A stretch of DNA of 64,000 nt, from NCBI GenBank assembly GCA_004022145.1, contig RCNU01000004.1. One strand, given 5' to 3'. Below the pieces are notes generated by a model, which ran no database searches, was not told where the DNA came from, and saw nothing but the letters and a program-made list of their open reading frames with translations. Below, piece by piece: positions 51,536 through 64,000 of this stretch. Positions within the stretch are counted from its first letter, which is position 1. Each line of letters begins with the position of its first letter. The position numbers and the translations under genes are program-made. This DNA is from Paecilomyces variotii (lineage: Eukaryota).

Positions 51536-52687
51536 GCCTCGCAGGTTACTCAGCGTAGAGCTCGTCACCGGATCTAATACTGCCAGTCACAGTCTCTGGG
51601 AGACCTGACAAGCTGCACAGGCAGACGGTCAGGAATGCGCGCGAAACGATCTGGAAGCCGTTGATATGGGGAACTAAGAGGCCGCGGCCGCCGAGTAGTG
51701 CTGAGATCGCGAAAAACAGGATGCAGATCCAAAGGAAGAGAGTAAGTGACGCCTGACAAAAGTCGCGAGGTTATAATGCGACAGAGAAAGCCAAGGTTCG
51801 TATGCGAGTCGAATGGATCCGTATCACACCAGTCTCATCTAGATATCCCCGTCGTTTCCGTATCACCGTACGACGCGACAGCGAGGTTTTTGGCAGCCGG
51901 AGAAGCCAAGAAATAGGGCGACGCGCAAAGCCCAACGGATCGCGTAATGATGGCAGGCAGATGGAGGGCGGTGGTTGTTCGCAGGAGAGCGCGGACGGGA
52001 CTAGAGGTCGATGAGGTATTAGGTGGGATGCGGAAGATCGAGGCAGAAGCGGGCGTGGGAAGTGTCTGTCGGAAGCCTGGGTTTGGGGGCGTGCGGGAGG
52101 TTTGGGTGTTCGACGGCGAGAGGATCTGACTGGAGAAGACGACGGAGAGAATGTTTGGGACGGCCAGTCGAGGCCGGAACGGTCTGAGAGGGCCGACTGG
52201 GATATGCTGGGTCGGAGGGGGGGGGATGCGAGCTTCGAGTCAAGCCGACGGAGGATCGAGTCAAGGGCGAAAGCGAAACGGGAGAGAGACCCAGGCCCTG
52301 GAAGGAACGCACGCCGCCAGCCCAAGGGACAGGAAAAGCGCGACCCAAGCGACAAGGCACGACGAGCTCTCGACGGGGATTCGCGCTGGTCGATCCCAGG
52401 AGAAGAAGATGCACTGGACGAGAGACTAATGTAGCCTGCGCTAGCCGTCGACGAGCCGCCAGTCAGTCCAGAAGGCTTCCGGATCCGAACGTGGAGTGCG
52501 TGCCCCGTGGGAAGAGGTGGATGCCAGTAAGTGCGCCGCGCGGTCACGGTGGGCGACGGTGCGGGTGGATGCCGCGGCTTGAGGAGACAAGGGGAGATAA
52601 GTTAACAGACAGCAGTCTAGGATGAAGAACTGCGCGTGGAGTAGATAGTAGTAGTAGATAAATCGAGGGTTTATAGTCTTCTCAGAC

Positions 52688-52722
52688 GACGATGATGGTG
52701 ATGATGGTGATGGTGATGATGA
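52688..52722. repeat. (GAT/GGT)n microsatellite
   Basis: GACGATGATGGTGATGATGGTGATGGTGATGATGA read directly. Confidence 0.8.
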
Positions 52723-55700
52723 GGAGAGTAGGACGATGGCCGTGGAATAATAGACGTTGGGACCAAGTGTTGCGGTGGGGAGAAAGTTAGGAGCGAGCTC
52801 GCTAGGGTCCTTGCAGTAGTAGTAGTAGTAGCATAGAGAAGTTAGAAGACAAGCAGTGGACTCGAGGTTAACGGCGTATCTAACTAACTAGACACGGACC
52901 TCAGAAGCACAAGCGGGTCCTGCCGGGAAGCTGATGATAGCACGGAGATGGGAAATGATAAATGTGGTGGAATGGAGTCCATAATAATACTACTAACTCA
53001 ATAGTAATAATGGACGACGATCGTGGCTGGTTCCTGAGCGAGCGATGCAGGAGAAACACGACCGTCCCAAACGCGGCTTGGTTCGAGCGCCGTCCGAACT
53101 ACGAGACTCTTAAGTTTCCAGACGCCACGCACCGGGCCTTGTGCTCGTGTGAACAATGAACAAGAGCGACTCGAGCGCACCCTGGAATGCCTGAGGATGG
53201 GAATATAACAATGCGTTCTGTGGAACGCCCGCTGGACCAGGATGGAACGGCCCAGAGGACAGCCCTCTCTATCTATCCGCTGAAGTTAGACAATAATACA
53301 ACAATGGAAGCATCCAAGACACTCACATCAAACGCTCTCTCTCTTTCCTAGTACGGTCCTACTTGCAGAGCAGCCAGTTCGTCTCTTTTCTTGTCCATAC
53401 GCTGCAGTTCGGGAATCTAACCCGGGTTATGAGTTATGCAGGAAGTAGTAGAAATGCCACTGGCGATGATGGTGGGCACGAAGGTTGGTTAGCAGCGGTG
53501 GCCGTCCGGCGGTACAGCTGCTGCGTTAGGTGACCCTGAAGGTGTCGTGCCTGCTTGCTTGTGCCACTGACAACGGAACCTGCGCTCAGAATCCTACCTG
53601 TTGCTGCAAAATGACACTTCCACAAGAGGACTGAAGTATGAAGGGTGTGGAGGGGTAATTCTTGTAGAGCCGCCGTGTGGGAGAGCCGTTATCTGACAGC
53701 CCGATCGAACTGAATCCGGAACGGAGATGCTTCAATAAGTTTAGGAGACTGCAACAGACTCTTTCAAATGGTCCTGAAGGATATCAAAAGGGTAGCGAGA
53801 TCTCAAGACAACGGCGTGATGGTGGGAAAGGGGAACAATTCGACATGCTAATGGAATGTCGACTCGACTCACTCCAAGGATCTCCTTCGTGATGGGAAAG
53901 GAAGACATTGTCATAAATAATACCAAGTACAAGTACAGTATCTAGATGAATAGTGATGGAAACAATATACGGACTAGGCGCCAAAACACGCGCTGCGCTG
54001 AAACTGTGGTGACCTCCCCTCCTCTCTTCCACGGTCGACTATCATCAGCCAGGCAACGACCTCATCTCGTGCTTTAGGAGCGGAGTTACGAACTGCGATT
54101 GATAGAGACCGCTTCCCGATAGGATCGGAGCATTGAAGAAACCGTCATCGATATCGATGTCCTTCGCCCCGAACTGCCATTTGAACCGCGGATAATACAT
54201 AACGAGCAAGCGTCCGTCCTCTGACTTCTGAGGCGGACAGGCCGCTATCGTTGAGGCGCCGCCCAGGTTAAGTTTCATGTTTGTACCATGGCCCCCTGCT
54301 CAAGCAATGAGGAACGATTTGGTTGTGAAGGAAAATGGCGCAACGCCTGTAGTATACTTAGGCGTTCATGTATAATGTATATAGACATCGAAACCATGAC
54401 TTTGTTGCCTTGGCGCTGTCTAGTCCACATTGTCGTGCCGTAGTAGACGTACATTCCGTGGCGTACGTCAATCCCAGTAGGAGACCATAGACAAGGACGA
54501 CTAGAATAATCGCCAGATACCTCTTACTTCTATCCATCCTTGCTTGTGCCGTGTCAACTCAACATATAGCGATACATCCCATAGTATCAGCGAAGAGGAA
54601 ACGCGTCTAGAGGGCGTAGATAGCATTGTTCGACCAGGAGATCCATATTCAACGAACCGCCAAGCCACACAAATTGCTGCATACATGGATATCCGCCTAC
54701 CGATACGAGCTTCACGATGGTTTGGATGACGTCCCTGTGGCTCATACTCGTTGTCTGCCCTACTCCGTAGAGCTCGCCGCGAAAACAGCTGCAGGAGAGT
54801 TTCTTGTGAACAGAGAAGTGTTTTGCTGTAGGGAGAACTGGCTCCAGTGTCAGACGACCTCTCATAGCATTCCAACACCGCTTGGGATTATCAGTAGCCA
54901 ATAGCATCAACCCAGTACAGATAGGTCCTTTAGGGCCAGCGACTCACGCCGCTTGATGCAATCATCCTTGATCGTGTCTCCTATTGCCACATGTTTAGAT
55001 TGTGACTGCAAATGTTCTGGATTTACTCAATAGTGAACGACAGTCGATCATTGGTTAGGATCGGTCTTGAAATCCAAAAACTCCATCTTGATGGAAATAA
55101 TCCGTGACACAGCGCTGAGTCGCTGGTGCCAGAAGCGGTCGTAACGACGTATGTACTGTCTGTACCCCACCCTCTTTAACACCAGCATTGTTCACCTGTG
55201 GTCTATTGAACTGGATATCGGTCAAGAACCTGACTGGCTACTGTAATGCTCATTCACCTTGAAGTTATCCAAAGCATATTGTCGTACTCGGATCGAACCC
55301 TTACAGCGGAACAGAGCTTCGGTATCCACTCAGGAATCCTATCAGAAGGGGTGTTCCGTGATGGGAGCGAAAGAAGGACAAAAGCCGGATCTATGGGAAA
55401 CTTTCCTAGTGGACGAAAGTGCTCTTATGGCGCAGCTTTCTGCAAGCCACAATCGATCACGGACCACATACATCGTGGGATTCTCATGGCTGGTCCTTGC
55501 TAGACATCTTTTCAGTATGAAGGATCCCTGCAAGCCCTGCGTCAAAGGCTGTACTCTCTCTCTCTCTCTGATGGATGTGTTAGACTCACCTTGCCGTGTC
55601 GTAAGGGCCCATCTTTGTCTTTCGTCAGTAACTACCACGGCCCCTGGATAGGATATCGAACCTGCTCTGAAGATCAAGTTTCCTACAAGGCTCTCGGTTG

Positions 55701-58293
55701 ATAGCCTGCCCTTCGCTCCCAAGATATTTCCACTGCGCGTTCCCTTTGTCCTTTTGCGCTTTCCACTTCAAGTCATCGCATGCTGGACAGACAATACCCG
55801 GGAGCTTTTACCGCTTATGCGATCGTCACCACGGCCGTGGCTTGTTTTGCAGGATATACGATCCACGCCCAATTACCAGGGGATCCCGCTGGAGCCAGTA
55901 GTGAGGATGGATGTCCTCTAGTCTTGCCCAATAGCAACCAACATCTTCAGACCAACAGTGGTGCCCGAGTCGGGAAAAGGTGTGGATAATACTGCACTTA
56001 AGCATCCGCCAACAGACTGGGCCACTTGATTGGTAACTAGAATGGGAGCCTTTCCAATTGTTAGTAGGAGATTAAGGCATATTGTCTCCAGGGATTCCAC
56101 TTTCCTCCTCAAGTCACCGGACTTCGTCATTGTTGAGACAAAAGATCATTTTTACCGTGCAAACCTCATCCGACTATCGCTATCCGGAGTCGAGATACGC
56201 AATTAAAATGTAGCACTACCGTCCCTATTCCATTGTTGGCAGAAATTGTCTACATGATTCGATCATCGAAAATGCGAGCGAGCGCCGTTTTGGATCTCAA
56301 GAGGATTTGGTGAACCCGACGTAGCACGTCTATACTTATCGCCCCGCACCTTCGCGAATGTTTTGGGTTCTCAGGGCAACAAGAAGATAGCACACAGTAT
56401 CTCTTTGATGCCCACGGTCCACAACAATATCACGAAATCAATAACTAATCAGACTTATTACTTACTCCTTGCAATAAACAGGACATTCCTCAGGGTAGAG
56501 TATGACAGCGGAAAGTCCTGTCGAGAATTCCGTGGCCAGTGACATACGAGTAATCGCCGAGTGGGGGGACCAACACGATCGCGCCCCATAACGATCTGCC
56601 GCTATTCTGCTGGCGTCACGGCCCTATCTAAATTAACTGATTCTCAAGAAGATATCATATCTGCGCAACTCATCTACCGTGGAATCTGAGACGGTTCAAT
56701 TTGTGCCCGTTTCACATACAATTACGGGTTGTTGCCAATTTCGTAGCCGGCCTGACATAGCACGATGCGAACATCTACAGTAAGTACCAGTATGGTCTGC
56801 TCTTCCGCTCATAAGCAAAGGAATTGTGCCAATCCCTCTCTTGGTTACACCGAGCTTCCAACTCGCATAGTACGTTAGTTGATCTATCCAATAGAAGGAA
56901 AGGTCTTATATGCTTGATTTTCCTTCCCAGGACGCATGATCTTACTATAGCGAATCATTGAATATTCCCAGCAGCCATCGTAAGCATTACGCGTGTCTCT
57001 GAACCGTGAACGCTTCTCGTCTAATATCCCATATTGCATCGAACCTTCTAGAGATTCTTTTTCTTGTTCTAATAAGCCTGGGGTACTAGTCACGCGCTTG
57101 AAGGCAGGAAATATCACAATTGGACCGGTCAGTTAAGTAGTCCCTAAGAGTAGTAGCATCAAATCTCCAGTGTTCCCCACGAAGAGGGCCTTTTCCATAG
57201 TTCCAGATCCGCTTCCTCAAAGTTAGAGCAGCGTAAAGTCCATGACTTGAGGAGGCCAATTATAATGAGAATTTACTGTAACGCCTTTCTCATACTTAAT
57301 AGAAATTTCAATGAATTTAAAGACTGTTAGTCAGTAAACATATACCTATCGATCACGCAGTCTTATTTCTGGAAGGATAACGACCCATCGAACTTCAAAC
57401 ATCAAATTTCACAGATCTGGTCTAGATCATTTCGTGTCATTCTCATTCTCAATCTTAAGATGCACGTAAGGAACCGGGCACTTCGCAATACGGAAACGGG
57501 AGACCATCTTTCCCGCATCTTAAATGCATTCCATGGGGGTGTTTTTGGATTTCGAGCAGAGAGAATTCTTGCTACTACTGTAGCTTTTGCAGTCTTTGCG
57601 TCGCGTAGACCAATATGCCCCGTTTCGGAGCTAATATACCTAACATGCTCAGGTCCACGGGTTAGCTAAGCTCGCTGGGGTCTAGTATTATTGACCAACT
57701 TAGTAGTCTACAGTTCTCTTCATTTGTCATTCTCTAATCCTCAAATTAGCTCACTATATATACTAGGAGATTGGCCCGGTCGATGAGGCTTGTCTGGTCA
57801 AAGATGGATAGATGTATGCTAGTGCTTTTTTGCTGCTCACTGGTGCGCGGCACAACCAAGGAGAAAGGGTATCCGGCAGCCGATATCAATACGACTTTCA
57901 TTCGTCGATGAACCCGTTGCGGTTTTTCTGCGACTGGTGACTTATATATTCGTTTTAGATGCAGTGAAGATATCAAAAGGAACATATTTTCAATATAATA
58001 TACAGGAACCCAATAAGGCAGGGTAATCTTTCATCCGAGAGCTATCGGGAATAACTAGCTCTTGATAACGCCGTTAAAATAATGCCAGGAGAGGCTGTCA
58101 TGATCAAAGACTTGGAAGAAGTTCAACAGGACGATCTTCATCCTGTTTCCGGATTTGCCGGTGTGTATAGCCCGAAGCAAAGCGGCTCTCAAACTTTGCA
58201 CTTAGGCGGTCGCATTCATTTGCAAGAACACGTATGAAACGCTCATAACCCAATCGATAGTGTGTCAATCCTTCGCAGATATCATCCATCCAT

Positions 58294-58916
58294 CTAGTTC
58301 TTCTGTGCCTTTTGCTCAAGTCTCGGTTCGACGAGTCCGATCTATATCGATCAGGCTTGTTAGTGAAGGATCTAGAGTGAAAGAACTTGTGTGTATTGGT
58401 AAAATCAAATGAATAGGGAAAGACTAAAGGACCAGATCTTCATTTGGTCCCCGTCTTTAACCATTCAGGCTGATCGGAGTAGAAAGACATTGTCAACATA
58501 CCATGCTCAATAACCGCCAGACAGGCTCACTAGGCTGTGCACCAACACCGAGCCAGTACTTCGCTCTTGACCTATCGAGAGCAATTTCTTTGTACGCCTT
58601 GGCCGTTCTGGCTTCCTCGTCCGTCAAGTTGGTCGGGCGCTGAGGGATAGGGTTATAGGTTCCGATGACTTCGAGAGGCTTCGAGTCGCGAGCAGATCTG
58701 CACCAGGATCATGAGTTAACACCCAGGAAACGAAAAAAAAATCTGTTTGATACTGGCACTTGACAACAAACGGCACAAAAGCAGCCTTGGTCACTTCTGC
58801 GCGCTGCTTTCGGAGACCCGATGGAGAAGAAATACGTACCGTGCCTGCGCGACCACAATGTTGTAAAAAGGCGAATGCTTGTTGCCGAAGCGGGAGAGAC
58901 GAAGCTTGACCACCAT
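58294..58916 (-). CDS. mrps16: Mitochondrial ribosomal protein bS16m
   Basis: MVVKLRLSRFGNKHSPFYNIVVAQAR / SARDSKPLEVIGTYNPIP...AKYWLGVGAQPSEPVWRLLSM / IGLVEPRLEQKAQKN*; introns 58698-58839 and 58342-58501. Confidence 0.93.
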
Positions 58917-59320
58917 CTTGATAAGCTCTAGGCAGTTCGACGGGAATATGTTGGATGATATTGATGGGCGACTCTCAAAGCACTTTTTCCCATAGCCCCG
59001 ATTCAACTCCGCGGAAGCTGCAGAACTCCGGCGTCTCGGGAAATCAGTTGTTCCGACAGAACGTTGGCGCTCGGATCAGGAGAGGGGATCCGGCGGGCGG
59101 TCTGATACTCACGTAGAGTAAGCTTATGATGCAATAAATAGGTGGGCAAGAAGCTCTGGATCAATTGTTGTAAATTGCATGATCTGGGACTATTCTCATC
59201 TCTTCAACTGTAACTTACCAAACACAATCTATTCCCATAAAACCTGAAAACCTAAAAAGGTCGAATTCCATCTGATTCCACGTACGGAGTACTTAGTAGC
59301 GCCAACAATCGTAGCGCTAC

Positions 59321-60388
59321 ATGCTCCGTTCAACATTCGCAGGAAGAAATCCGTTGTTCAGATTCTGTAGACAATACAGTAGAACAGCCAGAATGTCGCT
59401 CAAGGTATGGAATTGATACCGCTAGATCTCGAGATATCAAACTAAACCTTTGAGCAGGCCATCTCTGCGCAGGATGCTGCATCCTTGGATAAGGACCTCA
59501 TGGAAATCGGAGGTTGGTCGCTTGACCAACTAATGGAACTTGCAGGACTTTCAGTCTCACAAGCCGGTAAGCTCTATAGCCCTATAATAGCATCTATTCT
59601 TCGATGTGTGAAAGAGGACTTCCGAGAAGCTGACCTGGTCAATTTCACACTTAGTCTATCGCATGCACCCACCGAGCTCTGGGAAGAATATCCTTGTTGT
59701 TTGCGGTCCTGGCAACAATGGTAATGATATGGAAAGCTATAAACTGAAGTCTTGTGAGATGAGCAGAAAGCTGACATGTATCTCATCTGATAGGAGGTGA
59801 TGGCTTAGTTGCAGCTCGCCATCTTTCCCAGTATGGATACAACCCATCCGTCTACTACCCCAAGCAAGGAAAGAATGAGCTCTACGAGGTTAGTTATTTA
59901 TATGGTCATAGCATATGCGAGCAGCCATAGCAATCATGATCTGACCTTTATTGCAGCGCCTCAAAATTCAACTTAAGAACCTCGACGTTCCCTTTGTGCC
60001 TGACTTCACCGACGCTCTGAAGTCCACCCACTTCATCGTGGACGCCATATTTGGCTTTTCGTTCGGTGGTCCTCTGCGTGATCCATTCCCCTCTATCATC
60101 TCACAGATGGAATCTGCGTCCGTGCCAATTCTCAGTGTTGACGCTCCCAGCTCCTGGGATATCTCCGGCGGTCCACCCAAGGAAGGCCCAGGATCGAAGT
60201 TTATGCCGCAGGCGCTGATCAGCCTGACAGCTCCTAAGCCCTGCGTCAAATACTACAAAGGCAGACACTTTGTTGGCGGAAGGTTCTTGACCAAGTCAAT
60301 CGTCGAGAAGTATAAACTCGACTTCCCGGACTATCAGGGAATCGACCAGATCGTGGAAGTCGGCGTTGATGCAGAAGGGCGGCTTTAA
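59321..60388 (+). CDS. nnr1: NAD(P)H-hydrate epimerase (YjeF N-terminal domain, NAXE/Nnr1)
   Basis: [55 protein letters not shown]; 4 introns; two in-frame ATGs (59321, 59393). Confidence 0.92.
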
Positions 60389-60575
60389 TATAATACGAAA
60401 GACTTATATCCTGTGTATATTAATACATGAAATGGCAAAGAACCTCTGCTCAACTACGAGCATTTATGTCCACTCCAGTGGTTCTTTTCTTTTCATTTGC
60501 TTGGCGTAAGACTCATCATTTGTTCAAAAACAGGATGTGAGGAAAGCATGTCTATGATAGCTACATTGCCTTCCT

Positions 60576-63074
60576 CTATTGCAAGAGGCCCTTGATCTCG
60601 CCCACAATACTCTTAATTCTGGGTTCCTTCCCAAGGCCTGCCGCAAGCACCTTATTTAGCAACCCCTGAATATCATAAATTTCCCTAGCCGCAGTCTTAA
60701 CCTCCTCGCCAAGAGAATTGACCAGGGTTCCTGCAGCAACGAGGCCACGGTAGACGGCTTCAGAGTCCTTCTCGTTCGACAGGAGCTTGGTGAGCTCGTC
60801 GAGCAACACGAGCGCCCGTTCTGAGGACTCGGGTGAAGTGTGACGTCCACCAGTGGTTAGGTAAACCGAGTAGTTAATGTAAAGAGTCGTGGCGGCAATG
60901 GTTAGGTTGCGATTTGATGTGTTTCCAGGAGCGGTCGTGACAGACTGCACGATAGAAGTAATTTGATCGAACTTGCCTGCTGTCAAGCTGCGACCCTCTT
61001 CCGTCTCAAAGAGATTGGCGAACATTCGAACAGCGAGCATAACGTTATTCACGTTGAATGGAGGTTCAAAAATACCGCTCGATTGTATAGCCGATATGAG
61101 GTCTTGGCCGTTATAGTCGAGCTTTGCTGTAAGCGGCGTTGCAGCAGCGAGCAACCTGAGAAGATCAAGTCCAGGAAGTCGATTGGCAGCTGGCCAAGCT
61201 GTGGCGACCTTGAACACCAAGCCGACTCCAGTCTCCACGGTAGCCGACTCTTTTAGTCTCTCAGAAGACTCCATTTGTGCGCATAATGCCTGAACTGTCT
61301 CAACTTCGGAAGGACTCAGGGAGACCTCTTTCGAGCCAGAAGATACTAGCTGCTGGTTGACCTCTGCAAGCTTTTTTGAAATCACTTTGAGGTTAGCGGA
61401 TCTAATGGAGAGGTATGATGTCTGAGGTAGCACTTTTGGCCGCTGCGCTGGTACGGAGGTTGCTTGGCTAGCAGCGGTGGCATCTCCTGGACGATAACGG
61501 TGTTCTTGGCCCCATGGATCGGCCCCTGTAGGTTGCTGTTCTGTTGTTTCACCGATGGTAGTTCCTTGAGTGTTTTCCGTGATGAATCTTGCGACTTGGT
61601 CCAGATATCCGATAGGAAGTTCGTTGTCTTGGATAAACTTGGTAGCTGCTTCATAAGGATTCTGGGATACATTATATGGCAGCTTCAGCGGAGGTTTGCC
61701 GTCCTCGATATCCACATCGAAGACATAGTCGTACTCTTGACCAAGATATTCGATTTTCCTCCCACCGCTACCGGCGGCATCCACAACAGTTCCTACAGCG
61801 ATCCACTCTTGTGTAGCTGATGACCACGTGTGAGCGGTGATGCTACCATTTTCCTCTCGAATCATCTGCACCTGCCCTTCCTTTGTGCCAGACTTCTGTT
61901 TGAGGAACTCAGGACCAGGGAGCTTTTCCTTGTTGATATTTCCGACTTGCTGTTGAGGAATCGCAGACTCCTTGACGGCGTTGTCGAACTGCTGTATGAG
62001 GCTCTCGTCTCCTTGGCGCTCCTTTTCTCGACTGAATACTCTCGTGACCCGATCACTAGCACCTGTGACGATGTCGCCAGTCTCCTGACAAGCAGCCACA
62101 CTCCATACTGAAATGGCAGGGTGTGTGATCGTCTGGACACATTGTGTGCCGTTCCAGATTCTGACAGTTCGATCCTCGCCTGAGCTGACCAGTTCACCGG
62201 TAGGCAGCGATGCCAAACAGTATATGAAACTTTCGTGTCCATGCAATTCACCTACTATCTGACCTTGCAAGGTGAACAGTCGGATTATGCCATCGTTGCT
62301 AGCAGACGCAAATTGGGCGCCCGTGGGGTTGGACGAAGGAACCTTGCAGAGAGCTCTTATGACCTCGGGCGAGTCCTTGATGCTCCGTAGAAGCTTTCCA
62401 GAGGTATTAAATACACGAATTATCTTGTCCGCGCATCCTAAATAGATGTAAGTAAGTTAAGCAGGGCGTAGACTGCTTCGCCGCCACGTACCGGTGATAA
62501 CGGTGTCCTTATCGTAAGCTAGGACAGCCCAGACACTGCCCTGATGTCCCTCAAATACCACTTCAGCTTCCCAGTTACCAAGCCTCCATAGTCTTGCTGA
62601 AGTATCCCAGCTTCCGCTCACAATCCAACCGCCCTCCGGGCAGACATCCAAGGCACAGACATTGTGAGCATGACCAAGTAGCATAGCATCCGCATTGTCT
62701 CCAACGGCCTTTCCAGGTTGTTTGGCTTCTATTATAGTATCTTGTCCACCAGAGAAGATAAGTCCTTCCGGGAACTCGGGGGTGGGTGGATAGTACGCCA
62801 GGGAGTTCCTGAAAGCCGATCCAGAAGAGGAGATGGTATAGTCATAGGCGGGGGGCGGGGTAGACACAAGCTTCCAGATACGAACTGTTGTATCGCGGGA
62901 GGCAGACAAAACGACATTGGGGTTTGGAAATGCCACCGCGCGAACCTATATGGACAGTAATCGATCAGCATCCAACAGCCCTCAATCCCATCGCGAATAG
63001 TGTTATCGAGCAGGAGGGGCCCTTACATCATCGCTGTGGCCCTCTAGGGCCGCAGAGATCTTGAAGTCAGGCAT
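60576..63074 (-). CDS. doa1: Polyubiquitin-binding Cdc48 cofactor Doa1/Ufd3/PLAA (WD40-PFU-PUL)
   Basis: MPDFKISAALEGHSDD/VRAV, WD40 repeats, PFU YDYVFDVDIEDGKPPLKLPYN..NPYEAA, PUL WP...RLPGLDLLRL; two introns. Confidence 0.93.
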
Positions 63075-64000
63075 GCATAAAACGCTGCTCCAGCTTCTTG
63101 TATGACGAGGTATATGGGCCTGTAGGATAGACCCGGAGAAACAATAGCTAATGTAAGCTCGAAATCAGAAGAGAGCTTTGTCACCAAGTGATAACGCTTG
63201 CTGTCAACATGGACTGTACAGTAATCGGCCACTAAACGGACACCGCCTTAATGATCTAATCAATCACGTGGGCGGTGAGCTCTTCTAATCGCGTCTTTTA
63301 GAATCCATGAGGACATTCCATGATACTAATAATAATGTCAACTTAAGCTCCAAGTAGTGTAGTCGCATAAGATATGCATCCTAGATCATCAAATTTGACT
63401 TCAATATAACTATATACTCCCCGGGTATGAAACGACATTACGTTCCATGTTTCAAGGCCACTGAAACAGACCCATTATTCCACCCATGGTGTATTTTCGA
63501 CTCTCGATTCTACACCGTCGTTTGGCATATTCTCCCAGCGTTTTGCGAAAACCAGGACTGGAGCAAATCCGATATAGTTCATTATTACTCCGTACTCTAG
63601 CGCTCTTCACTGAATGTGGATCTCCATTGTGTGGAACGCCTGACCGCTGGAAATGGGCGGTGAGACAGTTTCGATGCGACGCGTTTCACGATGCTCGAGA
63701 TGCTGTATGGAATCGCGTAACATGCAAGTTTGAGTCGACAATTGCGGAGACATTCAAGGACAGAAATATAAGAGATTAGGAGGAGCAAGCCAAGTTGAGG
63801 TCGGCAAGCGCCTCAGCAAACCAGGATAATATGGTAATTATTATTATTATTGACGGGCGGACGACCAACTACAGAGCTCACGTGCAGTCGCACTGTTCCC
63901 CACACCGGCTAGTGTCAGGGATCGGACATTTTCTCCAACTCAAGCCACTTCGGGCTATCGAGTGCTGGCGATACTTCACTTCACCTTTCCTTGGACGTGC

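Noticed and set aside
51771-52547. 258-aa minus-strand ORF as a separate gene
   Set aside because: No ATG, low-complexity Ser/Arg/Pro composition; better explained as the GC-rich leader of the RRM gene
52900-58200. Short ORFs, tRNA-like GGTTCGA motifs or 5S rRNA in the long gene-free region
   Set aside because: No recognisable domains, no cloverleaf stems around the GTTCGA matches and no 5S consensus
44155-63953. 17-bp match AACTCAAGCCACTTCGG at 44155 and 63937
   Set aside because: A single 17-mer match is not far from chance expectation in 64 kb; no terminal-repeat or target-site context

Overview
Intron-rich fungal chromosomal DNA, most likely a Eurotiales (Aspergillus/Penicillium-like) mould, judged from short GT-AG introns with CTRAC branch points and the proteins encoded. 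Two blocks of conserved housekeeping genes occupy the ends. Left block (1-27.3 kb): dynein light intermediate chain 3' end, membrane spermidine-synthase-like methyltransferase, CCDC97-like protein, HAL/NPR-type kinase, acyl-CoA synthetase, SET-domain protein, UIM protein, dynactin p24, sho1, PQ-loop transporter, sskA. Right block (46.6-63.1 kb): mitoribosomal mS45 with an intronic box C/D snoRNA, Whi3/Scw1-like RRM protein, mitoribosomal bS16m, NAD(P)HX epimerase, Doa1. Between them lies a gene-sparse, partly AT-rich ~19 kb segment. It carries an SrbB-like (SREBP-family, no membrane anchor) bHLH factor, a divergent GAPDH paralogue head-to-head with a pyruvate decarboxylase, a membrane RING-H2 ligase, an ECM13-like small protein and an orphan ORF. 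The most interesting candidate is this putative hypoxia/fermentation module (regulator + GAPDH + PDC). No intact transposon, tRNA, rRNA or CRISPR array was recognised. Gene models were built by eye from splice signals, and family calls come from motif recognition, not database searches.
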